Under the pieces are notes generated by a model that was not told the origin of the DNA, searched no databases, and saw only the letters and a program-made list of their open reading frames with translations. From IMG/VR virus record IMGVR_UViG_3300028804_000025, positions 1-40,933 of that record: 40,933 nt of DNA; one strand, given 5' to 3'. The translations under genes were made by a program, and so were the position numbers. The stretch comes from a virus. Below, piece by piece: positions 1 to 7,820 of this stretch (positions within the stretch are counted from its first letter, which is position 1; each line of letters starts with the position of its first letter).

Positions 1-35
1 GACTTGTCATGAGCCGCAAAGCCAGCATCACCCTA
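1..35. repeat. Terminal overlap identical to 40899-40933 (circular or circularly permuted genome, unique length 40898 bp)
   Basis: The two window ends are identical on direct comparison. The plus-strand operon reads through the junction (ATGA at 40907-40910 equals 9-12). Confidence 0.9.
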
Positions 36-389
36 CACATCCAAGACGACTACCTGGCTGGTGTCGTCGTGGCCACTAATATGGCCGCCCCCAGCATTGG
101 CCGCACCGTCACCCCTGCAGAGTCGCTGGCCACCGACTTGCTGCGCACCTGCACCCGCCAGGCCGACCAGGTGCACTACCAACAACAAGGCGTCAACGGC
201 GTGGCACAGCGCACGTTTTTGGCCCGCCTGCTCGACATGGAAGACCTGGGCCACGCCGTCACTGCGGAAGTGCGCGACGGTGCCCGTGTTGCCCTGGGTA
301 TCGCCCCAGCTGAGCAAGCCCGCTACACCTGCAGCATGGGCGTTGACATCGATGCTGCGCATGCGCTGCGCGCTGGGGCTGCGCTGTGA
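9..389 (+). CDS. hypothetical early protein (126 aa)
   Basis: ATG 9 overlaps the upstream stop (ATGA, seen at the junction copy). GTGA overlap with the next gene at 386. The first 40 codons are duplicated at 39345-39463. Confidence 0.65.
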   Translation: MSRKASITLHIQDDYLAGVVVATNMAAPSIGRTVTPAESLATDLLRTCTRQADQVHYQQQGVNGVAQRTFLARLLDMEDLGHAVTAEVRDGARVALGIAPAEQARYTCSMGVDIDAAHALRAGAAL

Positions 390-775
390 GCAAGTTGCGC
401 GTCTACGTCTGCGCCCCCATGTCGGGGCTGCCGCATCTCAACATTCCAGCCATCCAGGCTGCGACCACCAAGCTGCGCGCGCTGGGTTACGAAGTCGTTT
501 CACCAGCAGAAATCAACGCCGGGCAAAACCCCGATCAATCAGCCATGACGCCCCTGCGCAAGCGCGCGATCTGGATGCACTGCATGCGCAAATGCATCCC
601 AGAGCTGATCACCTGCGACTGGCTTGTCGCCCTGCCCGGCTACGACTTCAGCGAAGGCTGCGGCGTAGAGATCACCCTGGCCATGGGCCTGGGCATCCGC
701 TGCGAAGCGCTGGAGGACTTTCTGGCAAGCCCACCCGCACCCCACCACCCCATCACTACCGAGGCCCACGCATGA
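386..775 (+). CDS. DUF4406 / nucleoside 2-deoxyribosyltransferase-like protein (129 aa, GTG start)
   Basis: The N-terminus KLRVYVCAPMSGLPHLNIPAIQAATTKLRALGYEVVSPAE fits the DUF4406 pattern as I remember it. Start and stop are coupled to both neighbours. Confidence 0.6.
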   Translation: MSKLRVYVCAPMSGLPHLNIPAIQAATTKLRALGYEVVSPAEINAGQNPDQSAMTPLRKRAIWMHCMRKCIPELITCDWLVALPGYDFSEGCGVEITLAMGLGIRCEALEDFLASPPAPHHPITTEAHA

Positions 776-1329
776 GCACCACCTACACCCCACAAGCCGA
801 CAGCCTGGCAGCCCAGGTCTGCGCATTCTTGATGCGCAACCCCGACGAAGAGCTGACAGTCGAAGACATTGCCCAAAAGTTCGACACCAACCTTAAAAAC
901 GTCCACACCCAGCTGGCCAGGGCTGTTGACGCTGACTTGCTGGTCCGCAGCCGCAGCGAAGACGGCGAATACCTCTACACCAAGGGCCAAGAACTCAAGG
1001 AAAACACCGTTTGCCCAGACCAGGCCCCCGCCAAGGCCAGCAGCGCCAGCATTGCCAAAATTTACGCCGGCCAGGTGATACCCGACCCGGCACAGGTGCC
1101 GATCGACACGGACCCCGCCCTGCTGCCTAAGGCCATCATGCGTCCAGCGGCCATTGACTGGCTGGTGCTGCTCAAACGCCTGGGCGTAGGCCACAGCGCC
1201 CAACTGCCCCAGCGTGCGCGCTACGTGGTCAGCACCGCTATTACGCAGGCCCACAAGCAAGGCCTGGGCAAGTTCAAGACCGCCACCGATCCGGGCGGCA
1301 ATACCTTTCGGGTAGGGAGGGTTTCGTAA
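772..1329 (+). CDS. hypothetical protein with winged-helix-like N-terminus (185 aa)
   Basis: ATG 772 overlaps the previous stop (ATGA). The longer 61..1329 track ORF is a Pro/Arg-rich shadow over genes 9..775. Confidence 0.6.
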   Translation: MSTTYTPQADSLAAQVCAFLMRNPDEELTVEDIAQKFDTNLKNVHTQLARAVDADLLVRSRSEDGEYLYTKGQELKENTVCPDQAPAKASSASIAKIYAGQVIPDPAQVPIDTDPALLPKAIMRPAAIDWLVLLKRLGVGHSAQLPQRARYVVSTAITQAHKQGLGKFKTATDPGGNTFRVGRVS

Positions 1330-1751
1330 TGGCCCCCAAAAAACCCAAACCCGCCACCGACAGCATCATCGGCCGCCGTGTGCGCATCAACACCGATGCC
1401 ACCTACGCCAACGGCAACACCCACGCCTGGGCAGGCTTCACCGGCACGGTGCGCGTGCACAACGGCCGCAGCGTCTACCAGGTCGAGATGGAAGACGGCC
1501 AGGCGATCGAGGTGTTTCCGCTCGACAGCTTCTCGCTGTTGCACGATGCGCATGTTGATGGGCAGGCTGATGGGGGTGTTGATGCCAGTGCCGGGGCAGA
1601 CCAGCTGGCAACACCTACCCAAGCTGCAGCCGCTACCGACAGCCCCGCCAAGCCCACCAAACCCGCCCGCAAGCCGAAGACCACCCAGGCCGAGGCACAG
1701 GCGCAAATTGCAGCCGCCATGCAAGCTGCAGAGTCAGGGGCCCCAGCATGA
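1329..1751 (+). CDS. hypothetical protein (140 aa) with Ala/Pro/Lys-rich tail
   Basis: TAATG overlap at 1327-1331. The stop overlaps the next start. Confidence 0.6.
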   Translation: MAPKKPKPATDSIIGRRVRINTDATYANGNTHAWAGFTGTVRVHNGRSVYQVEMEDGQAIEVFPLDSFSLLHDAHVDGQADGGVDASAGADQLATPTQAAAATDSPAKPTKPARKPKTTQAEAQAQIAAAMQAAESGAPA

Positions 1752-2248
1752 GCCGCCGCCACTTCTTTGCGCAGCAGCCCGTGTACCGGCATCGCCCAGT
1801 CCACGCCGACCCAGTCTCGCTGGCCATTGTGCGCGCCTCGCTGATCATGCCCGCCGAGGTGGCCACGGTGATGGCACCCATCCTCAAGAGCCACGTTGCG
1901 CTGCGTGAGGGACTGGGGACGCACTTTCACTGGGTAAATCTGGTGACCGCAGTCGAGATCGGCCTGGCACTGGAAGGTATCGGCGCATTGAAGGGCTCCA
2001 GGGCTACGCTGAAGTGCGCCGAAATGGCGCTCAAGATGATCTATGACCGCGCCATGCGCGACGACGGCACCTGGGTGCCTGTCACGCTGTACCCAGGCGA
2101 GCTGAGCGCATTGCTGAGCCTGGTGGAGACATTTCCGCAGCAGCTGAGCAAGGTGACGCATGGCGAATATAAACGCGCCGAAGCCCGCGCATCGCAGGGC
2201 GTGGTGGCTGCGGGTGGCAAGGTTTATGAGTGGAGGGCAAAGCAATGA
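1748..2248 (+). CDS. hypothetical protein (166 aa)
   Basis: ATGA coupling at 1748. The ORF has no competing frame with protein-like composition. Confidence 0.6.
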   Translation: MSRRHFFAQQPVYRHRPVHADPVSLAIVRASLIMPAEVATVMAPILKSHVALREGLGTHFHWVNLVTAVEIGLALEGIGALKGSRATLKCAEMALKMIYDRAMRDDGTWVPVTLYPGELSALLSLVETFPQQLSKVTHGEYKRAEARASQGVVAAGGKVYEWRAKQ

Positions 2249-2336
2249 CGCCACACCCAGCCGCCACAAATCAACTGTATGTCTAAGTAGCCATTTGCAG
2301 ATTAGCGAATTCTTTCAACCAACCAACGGAGCAACC

Positions 2337-2933
2337 ATGCCCACAACCAATACACCCACGACCCAACAACACTGGCTCGAATCCGCAGGCGGCTATTTCA
2401 GCGGCATCATCATGCTGCACGGCACCCAGCACCGTGTGATCACCGCGCCCGCTGATCAGGGCCAATTCAAAGGCCAATGGCTGCCTGAATACGATGACGT
2501 GCCAGGCGCCCGCAGCTTCTTTGACAGCGCCGCCAATACCCGTGCCATGGCAGAAGCGGGCAGCGTCATTGCCCAGCGTGCCCTGGCCGCCAACATCAAT
2601 GGCTTTACCGACTGGGTCATTCCCGCCCGCGACGTGCTGGAGGTGATGTACCGCGCCCACAAACCCACGACTGACAAAAACTGGATTTATCGCGGCGATA
2701 ACCCCAGCAGCGTACCAGTGGGCTACCCCTACACAGCCGACGCGCCAGCACGCACTGCCGACAAGGATTTTCAAAAGGGCGGCGCCCAGGCCTTTTTGTC
2801 TGACTGGTATTGGTCCAGTACGCAGTCTTCTTCTGACGGCGCCTGGTTTCAGCACTTCAGACATGGGAACCAGAACGTCCTCAACAAGCACTTCGAGTTG
2901 CAAGTCAGGCTCGCCCGCTTGATTCCACTTTGA
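2337..2933 (+). CDS. DUF1566 (Lcl C-terminal domain-like) protein, paralog 1 (198 aa)
   Basis: ATG 2337 follows ACGGAG. The C-terminus WYWSSTQSSSDGAWFQHFRHGNQ...ELQVRLARLIPL fits the DUF1566 signature (W.SST....AW...F..G......VR.VR). Confidence 0.65.
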   Translation: MPTTNTPTTQQHWLESAGGYFSGIIMLHGTQHRVITAPADQGQFKGQWLPEYDDVPGARSFFDSAANTRAMAEAGSVIAQRALAANINGFTDWVIPARDVLEVMYRAHKPTTDKNWIYRGDNPSSVPVGYPYTADAPARTADKDFQKGGAQAFLSDWYWSSTQSSSDGAWFQHFRHGNQNVLNKHFELQVRLARLIPL

Positions 2934-4196
2934 TCCTTCAATCCTTTAATTCTTCACTCTGAAAGTACGTTCATGCGCTTGCACATCCAAAACGTTCATC
3001 TAAATTTTCAGGCCCAGCCGGTGATGGCTTCTGCGATCTTCAAAGCTTTTGCTGAGCAAGATAGACCCGCCGCGACAGATGGCCCAATAGCTGCGCCAGC
3101 CCTACCCCGCGTGGGTATGTATTGGCCCGAGCAAAAGGGCCGCTTCCTGGGCGTGATGCCAGGTCAAGATGGCCGCCCTGATTACGCCCTGATACTTCCA
3201 CGGATCCCTGCAGCCGATCTCGGCAAACGCCCATGGGGTGAACGCGGTAAGGCCATTGACGGCGCTAACAGCGACTTTGACGGCATGCAAAACACCCAGG
3301 CCATGGCCGAAGCTGGCAACGCGCTGGCAAAGGAAATCCTGGCGCTAGAAGCGGATGGTTTCAATGATTACTTCCTGATGAGCCGCAACGAGCTGCGATT
3401 GGCCTACATCGCTGCCGCCGATGCCTTTGATAAAGATGAGTGGCACTGGTCCAGTACGCAGTCTTCTTCTCGCCACGCCTGGTTTCAGAACTTCAACGAT
3501 GGGTACCAGGACGACGACAGCCTCAAGGGCACCGAGTTGCAAGTCAGGCTCGCCCGCTTGATTCCACTTTGATCCTTCAATCCTTTAATTCTTCACTCTG
3601 AAAGTACGTTCATGCGCTTGCACATCCAAAACGTTCATCTAAATTTTCAGGCCCAGCCGGTGATGGCTTCTGCGATCTTCAAAGCTTTTGCTGAGCAAGA
3701 TAGACCCGCCGCGACAGATGGCCCAATAGCTGCGCCAGCCCTACCCCGCGTGGGTATGTATTGGCCCGAGCAAAAGGGCCGCTTCCTGGGCGTGATGCCA
3801 GGTCAAGATGGCCGCCCTGATTACGCCCTGATACTTCCACGGATCCCTGCAGCCGATCTCGGCAAACGCCCATGGGGTGAACGCGGTAAGGCCATTGACG
3901 GCGCTAACAGCGACTTTGACGGCATGCAAAACACCCAGGCCATGGCCGAAGCTGGCAACGCGCTGGCAAAGGAAATCCTGGCGCTAGAAGCGGATGGTTT
4001 CAATGATTACTTCCTGATGAGCCGCAACGAGCTGCGATTGGCCTACATCGCTGCCGCCGATGCCTTTGATAAAGATGAGTGGCACTGGTCCAGTACGCAG
4101 TCTTCTTCTCGCCACGCCTGGTTTCAGAACTTCAACGATGGGTACCAGGACGACGACAGCCTCAAGGGCACCGAGTTGCAAGTCAGGCTCGCCCGC
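2894..4196 (+). repeat. Perfect tandem duplication, period 639 bp (2894-3557 equals 3533-4196)
   Basis: Base-by-base comparison of the two stretches. The repeat starts in the conserved 3' end of paralog 1 (CGAGTTGCAAGTCAGGCTCGCCCGC). Confidence 0.95.
2973..3572 (+). CDS. DUF1566 protein, paralog 2 (199 aa; start could be the internal Met at 3024)
   Basis: WHWSSTQSSSRHAWFQNFNDGYQ...ELQVRLARLIPL. The gene lies inside the perfect tandem repeat. Confidence 0.65.
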   Translation: MRLHIQNVHLNFQAQPVMASAIFKAFAEQDRPAATDGPIAAPALPRVGMYWPEQKGRFLGVMPGQDGRPDYALILPRIPAADLGKRPWGERGKAIDGANSDFDGMQNTQAMAEAGNALAKEILALEADGFNDYFLMSRNELRLAYIAAADAFDKDEWHWSSTQSSSRHAWFQNFNDGYQDDDSLKGTELQVRLARLIPL

Positions 4197-4211
4197 AGAT
4201 TGTTTCTTTAA
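3612..4211 (+). CDS. DUF1566 protein, paralog 3 (identical to paralog 2 except for the last 4 residues, RLFL vs LIPL)
   Basis: The track ORFs are identical in protein sequence. The DNA is identical up to 4196. Confidence 0.65.
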   Translation: MRLHIQNVHLNFQAQPVMASAIFKAFAEQDRPAATDGPIAAPALPRVGMYWPEQKGRFLGVMPGQDGRPDYALILPRIPAADLGKRPWGERGKAIDGANSDFDGMQNTQAMAEAGNALAKEILALEADGFNDYFLMSRNELRLAYIAAADAFDKDEWHWSSTQSSSRHAWFQNFNDGYQDDDSLKGTELQVRLARRLFL

Positions 4212-4357
4212 TCCTTTGATTCTTTGAATCATGGCCTTGCACACCGATTTACCCATCCACAAGACAGGCTGCCAGTTGCTGGCGCTGGCAATCAACTGGG
4301 CGACAAGATCACCAGCCATTGCATTGACATGCTCGACCTGATGGCAACAGGTAATAG

Positions 4358-4597
4358 CTACTTTGGCCTGCTTGGGCAGGCATCCCATAGCCACACAGAC
4401 CGCACACGACTTGCCAGCGCAATGATCTTGCGTGCCCGCTGCACAGCCGCACCCACGCCGCCACGCTGCATGCCGAGCTGACGGGCTACCTCGGCTTGAG
4501 GGATACCCTCGACCAGCACCATGCGCAGCACGTCCCTGGTGCGGCCCTCTCGTGGATTTAGAAGCTCGAGCAGGGCATCAAGTTGGGCCAATGTCAT
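4358..4597 (-). CDS. KorA/TrfB-like helix-turn-helix repressor (79 aa)
   Basis: MTLAQLDALLELL..RDVLRMVLVEGIPQAEVARQLGMQRGGVGAAVQRARKII parallels IncP KorA (..ARGVLVDGKPQA..LGLTRGAVSQAV.R) from memory. ATG 4597 is chosen because of its ATGA overlap with the upstream stop. Confidence 0.6.
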   Translation of the reverse strand: MTLAQLDALLELLNPREGRTRDVLRMVLVEGIPQAEVARQLGMQRGGVGAAVQRARKIIALASRVRSVWLWDACPSRPK

Positions 4598-4845
4598 TTG
4601 TTTCGCAGAATCCACTCATTTGCCTCACGCGCCAGACGTATCAATCGCTGCGCTAGATCATGTACCTGGACACCTCTGGCCAGCTCGTAGCGCTGGTATT
4701 CCTCAAGAGTCTCCGGGGCAGCATTGATGTCCGTGAACCCGTCGCCGCGCTCGACAATAAACTCAGCCCCGCTGATATGGCGGAGCCGACCATTGGGCAA
4801 CCGGGACCAAGCCCGGTGCCAGTTTTTATTTTTGCTGGTCATCAA
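4594..4845 (-). CDS. hypothetical protein (83 aa)
   Basis: Middle gene of a tightly coupled three-gene unit, with ATGA overlaps at 4842-4845 and 4594-4597. Confidence 0.55.
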   Translation of the reverse strand: MMTSKNKNWHRAWSRLPNGRLRHISGAEFIVERGDGFTDINAAPETLEEYQRYELARGVQVHDLAQRLIRLAREANEWILRNK

Positions 4846-5102
4846 TAAAACAAAAATCGCAAGGAAAGCGAATGGCCGTCCACAATGATGGCCGTTTCCA
4901 CCTTGGTTTTCCCAATGCGAATTTGGACATCACGGGTCGCGCCCACAGCCAGAGCCACGGCACCGCGCATGCCTTCGACAGCTTCGCCGCGCTGCCACGT
5001 GGCTTTTGCCGTACCCATAAATGTGCGGACCCAGGCCCTCAGTGACTCGGAGCGGATCAGTGCATCTACGATTTGGCCGGTGGTGATGGTTGCGTTGGTC
5101 AT
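4842..5102 (-). CDS. hypothetical protein (86 aa)
   Basis: ATG 5102 is preceded by GAGGAG (5112-5117). It is the first gene after a sigma70-like promoter. Confidence 0.55.
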   Translation of the reverse strand: MTNATITTGQIVDALIRSESLRAWVRTFMGTAKATWQRGEAVEGMRGAVALAVGATRDVQIRIGKTKVETAIIVDGHSLSLRFLFY

Positions 5103-5173
5103 TTGAAAACTCCTCAGAGTGCCCGCTGCCCTTGGGTGTGGGGGACTTGCCTAATTGCCTGTCCATGTAGCGG

Positions 5174-5201
5174 ATTGTAATCCTATTTAGAATTACGTCA
5201 A
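5174..5201 (-). promoter_or_regulatory. sigma70-like promoter TTGACG-N16-TACAAT, with the dyad GGATT-AC-AATCC overlapping the -10
   Basis: -35 at 5201-5196 and -10 at 5179-5174 on the minus strand, in an AT-rich gap. The dyad lies at 5172-5183. Confidence 0.5.
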
Positions 5202-5383
5202 GCATTTAAATTATTTTTTAGGTAGTTTCCCCTGGCAGCTTGCCCAGCCTTAAACGCAGCCTCCAACGCCGCCTTGATGCTGCTGCCCCCAGGTCATAGA
5301 AATCGAGGCGGTCGCTATTGCGGCTGGCCAGGGTGCTGTTGGCGCAGCAACCTGGTCGCCTTGTTCTTTTTGGTGGAATGCGG

Positions 5384-5767
5384 TCAGGGTGTAGTCTTTT
5401 TGAAACGGCTTGCACCCCCAATCCGCACGCCAGCCCACAGTATCCAGGACCGCCAGCCCGAGATGCCTGACACCTGGGCGGCTTCTTTGAAGATCGCATC
5501 AGCCATGCTGCGGGGCACCTTACCTGTGGAATATAAGTAATCGTGCACCACTGCGGCTGCGTGTGCCGTATCGCCCACGGCTTCATAGACCAGGGGGATG
5601 CGGGGGACGCTGGCAAAGTCGGTAGTGAATCCGGTGGGCACAGAAATGATGGTGCTGGCAACGTCAGACTGGTACACCAGCGCGGTGGTCAGGCGCCATT
5701 GGCCACGGCCATCGTTCGCAGCGTCATCCAGCTCTTCGACCGTCAGTCGGCTTAAAAACTTGCTCAT
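5384..5767 (-). CDS. DUF1353 family protein (127 aa)
   Basis: VPTGFTTDFASVPRIP...AAAVVHDYLY matches the DUF1353 core. ATGA coupling to the upstream ORF. Confidence 0.65.
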   Translation of the reverse strand: MSKFLSRLTVEELDDAANDGRGQWRLTTALVYQSDVASTIISVPTGFTTDFASVPRIPLVYEAVGDTAHAAAVVHDYLYSTGKVPRSMADAIFKEAAQVSGISGWRSWILWAGVRIGGASRFKKTTP

Positions 5768-5946
5768 GGCGTGTCCCACAGGTTGAGTTTGTGTGCGGTG
5801 ATCACTTGCGCGATCTTTTGGGCGTAGGCCGGGTCTGTGGCGTATCCGGCCTTGGCCACGGCCTGGGCAAAGGTGATGCCGGTCTTGCACGCAAAGGCGG
5901 GCTTGTAGCGCGGGTCTTTGCCTATGAAAGCAAAGCGATTTTGCAT
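5764..5946 (-). CDS. small protein (60 aa) with a glucosaminidase-type AGYATDPAYAQKI motif
   Basis: ATG 5946 follows AAGGTG. The stop overlaps the DUF1353 start. The motif resembles the C-terminal part of FlgJ/glucosaminidase domains. Confidence 0.45.
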   Translation of the reverse strand: MQNRFAFIGKDPRYKPAFACKTGITFAQAVAKAGYATDPAYAQKIAQVITAHKLNLWDTP

Positions 5947-5968
5947 CACCTTACGCCAAACCTTACGC

Positions 5969-6493
5969 CTATGTTTGCGCTGTACGCTGCGCCAGCAGTT
6001 CAAACTTCTGCGCGCTCCCATTGGTCGTGCCGTACCAGTAGCCCAGCACTAGCATGGCAATGGTGTCCATCAGTCCCAGCACTCGACCCAACACCAGTGG
6101 ATCAGTATTTTCTGGGTAGCCAATGAACAAAACAGACAGCTCGCAACCCAACGAGATGGTCAGCAGCAGCACGGATAGCCAGAATAGGTGTTTTTGCGTT
6201 CCACCGGCAACATTGGCTTTGCGCGCACTGTCGCGGTCTTGAAACGCCAGATCGGCGTATTTGAACCCGCGCTCTTTTTCGTTGTTCTGGTATTCCAGCT
6301 CCAGCTTCTTTAGCTCGCCAATTTGCTCTGGCGTGAGGCTTGCAGATTGGATCACATTGGCGATCTTGTCTTGGGTGGCTTCGCTTACCCCCAGGACATT
6401 GCCCAAGGCCGACACAGCGACACCCCCTAACGGACCCAGCAAGGCTGTGGCCACGGTAGGCGCGATAGATTTGAGTACAGATGTCCAGTCCAT
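5969..6493 (-). CDS. holin, GTA-type 3-TM holin-like (174 aa)
   Basis: N-terminal LLGPLGGVAVSALG, a central charged coiled segment and C-terminal TM segments. It sits immediately downstream of the endolysin. Confidence 0.6.
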   Translation of the reverse strand: MDWTSVLKSIAPTVATALLGPLGGVAVSALGNVLGVSEATQDKIANVIQSASLTPEQIGELKKLELEYQNNEKERGFKYADLAFQDRDSARKANVAGGTQKHLFWLSVLLLTISLGCELSVLFIGYPENTDPLVLGRVLGLMDTIAMLVLGYWYGTTNGSAQKFELLAQRTAQT

Positions 6494-6495
6494 GA

Positions 6496-6975
6496 TCAGT
6501 TGTCCTCTGTTGCGTATTCAAGGTCTCTGGCTGCACGCATAGCCCAGCCCTTGCCAAAGCTTGGCCAACTGCTGAGAGATGCCCAAAACCGCAGGCGCTG
6601 GGCCATGAAACGCATCAGCACATCATTGACATCTGCGCTGGCCAGGGCGCGCTTGCTGATGGGGCCAAAGACGCCATCGTCGGCCACGCCCAATGCCGCC
6701 TGCAGCTTGCGAATCGCTGTGCTGATGCCGCTGTTGACCGCAAAGTCAAACACCTGGAATACGATTGCTGGGTGAGCATCAGTGCCGATCTGGTCCCAAA
6801 AATCGCGCTTGTAGATGGTCTTAGCTTGGTCGCGGGTCAAGTGCTTGATGTCAATATTGGGGTAGCTGCGCTTGCTGATGCCCCAATTGGTTTCACCCCC
6901 AGGGTCAGCGGGATTGCAGACGTATCCACCCTCATTGCCGATCAGGCGGTCAAAGGCTTGGTCAAAAGTCAGCAT
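6496..6975 (-). CDS. endolysin, GH108 N-acetylmuramidase with PG_binding_3 domain (159 aa)
   Basis: FDRLIGNEGGYVCNPADPGGETNWGIS (GH108 catalytic region) and a C-terminal ...FMAQRLRFW... region. ATG 6975 follows GGAGAGGGGG. Confidence 0.8.
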   Translation of the reverse strand: MLTFDQAFDRLIGNEGGYVCNPADPGGETNWGISKRSYPNIDIKHLTRDQAKTIYKRDFWDQIGTDAHPAIVFQVFDFAVNSGISTAIRKLQAALGVADDGVFGPISKRALASADVNDVLMRFMAQRLRFWASLSSWPSFGKGWAMRAARDLEYATEDN

Positions 6976-7084
6976 GGTTAAGCCCCCTCTCCATTGCGGC
7001 GACGATCTTGCTGAAACTGAGTTTTGAGCGCATCCCACGGCGCTTCATTCGGCCATCGCTTGCGGGTGATCCAAATGTTAGGTT

Positions 7085-7762
7085 TCACAACAGCCCCTCC
7101 TGCACGCATTCGCGCGGGGGTTCGGGCGGTAGTAGCGTGCCCTGCGCCTGGGCGCGACTGATGCGCTCGCAGGCGATGTCGAAATACTTGCGCTCGCGCT
7201 CGATGCCGGTGAACGCCTTGCCAAGCTGCGCGCACGCTACGCCAGTTGTCCCGCTGCCCATGAACGGGTTTAGCACCGTCTGCGCCTTGTCGGCAAAGTC
7301 CAAGCACCACGCCATCACCTGCACAGGCTTCTGTGTAGGGTGTACCGCGCCATCCTGCGCAATAGCCGCCCGGTTCAGCGTCATGGAGCGCAGCGCCTTG
7401 TCCAGCGTGCTGTACGCCAGTTCGCAGTCGCTCTGGCTGATCCGCTGCCCCTTGTCCCACACCAGCCACCCCATGCTTGGCCTCAGGTGCTGCGGGTAGT
7501 AGTTGGCGCCCCAAATAATCAGGTTCGCGGCCTTCTCGTGCATCAACCCGAACAGCCACGCGGGCGGTGCGTCAGCGTCCCAGCCCATGAACTCATAGCC
7601 CTTGTGCCCGCCGTGGCTGCTGGTGCTCGGTGGCTTGCCGTCGCGGCCAATCCCATAGGGCGGGTCCGTCAGCAGCAAGTCGTGCACGGGCAGCAGCGGC
7701 AGCACCTCGCGGCAGTCTCCGTGCCACAGTTCCGCGTTCCCGATCACTACTTTCTCAGCCAC
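7085..7762 (-). CDS. DNA N6-adenine/N4-cytosine methyltransferase, beta class (225 aa, GTG start)
   Basis: DPPY (LLLTDPPYGIG) precedes NPFMGSGTTG. AAGGAG lies 6 nt upstream of GTG 7762. Confidence 0.85.
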   Translation of the reverse strand: MAEKVVIGNAELWHGDCREVLPLLPVHDLLLTDPPYGIGRDGKPPSTSSHGGHKGYEFMGWDADAPPAWLFGLMHEKAANLIIWGANYYPQHLRPSMGWLVWDKGQRISQSDCELAYSTLDKALRSMTLNRAAIAQDGAVHPTQKPVQVMAWCLDFADKAQTVLNPFMGSGTTGVACAQLGKAFTGIERERKYFDIACERISRAQAQGTLLPPEPPRECVQEGLL

Positions 7763-7820
7763 TTCAACTCCTTCACGCTTCGGACACAGTGAAACCTAAC
7801 TAGTCGCTCAAGCGGAGCGC

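Noticed and set aside
1-35. The terminal 35-bp identity, considered as a biological direct terminal repeat.
   Set aside because: The length and exact identity are more consistent with an assembler circularisation overlap. Genes read continuously across the junction, and the HNH/P27 terminase set suggests cos ends elsewhere.
61-1329. A 422-aa plus-strand ORF (GTG start) spanning the first three genes.
   Set aside because: Its N-terminal 237 codons are a Pro/Arg/Ala-rich alternate frame over two well-coupled genes. Only the part from ATG 772 is retained.
2894-4196. Possible CRISPR-like or satellite repeat.
   Set aside because: The repeat unit is 639 bp and coding (a gene duplication). It does not consist of short repeats with unique spacers.
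4212-4357. A short ORF at 4231-4338 (MALHTDLPIHKTGCQLLALAINW...) that faintly resembles the N-terminus of four-helix-bundle (Avd/23S IVS-type) proteins, possibly continued in another frame. Also the minus-strand ORF 3984..4394.
   Set aside because: The resemblance is only about 20 residues. It would need a frameshift and would run into the well-supported KorA-like gene. No reverse transcriptase or DGR repeats are present. The minus-strand ORF is mostly antisense to DUF1566 paralog 3. No convincing bidirectional terminator was found in this convergent gap either.
5172-5183. A possible link between the promoter dyad GGATTACAATCC and the early-region operators through the shared ATTACA core.
   Set aside because: The symmetry axis and arms differ (GGATT/AATCC versus ATTAC/GTAAT). 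The shared hexamer is AT-rich and could be coincidental.
6978-7559. A 193-aa minus-strand ORF, and plus-strand ORFs, overlapping the N6/N4 methyltransferase gene.
   Set aside because: These alternate frames have an Arg/Gly/Ala-rich composition. The 7085..7762 frame carries the DPPY and FxGxG motifs.
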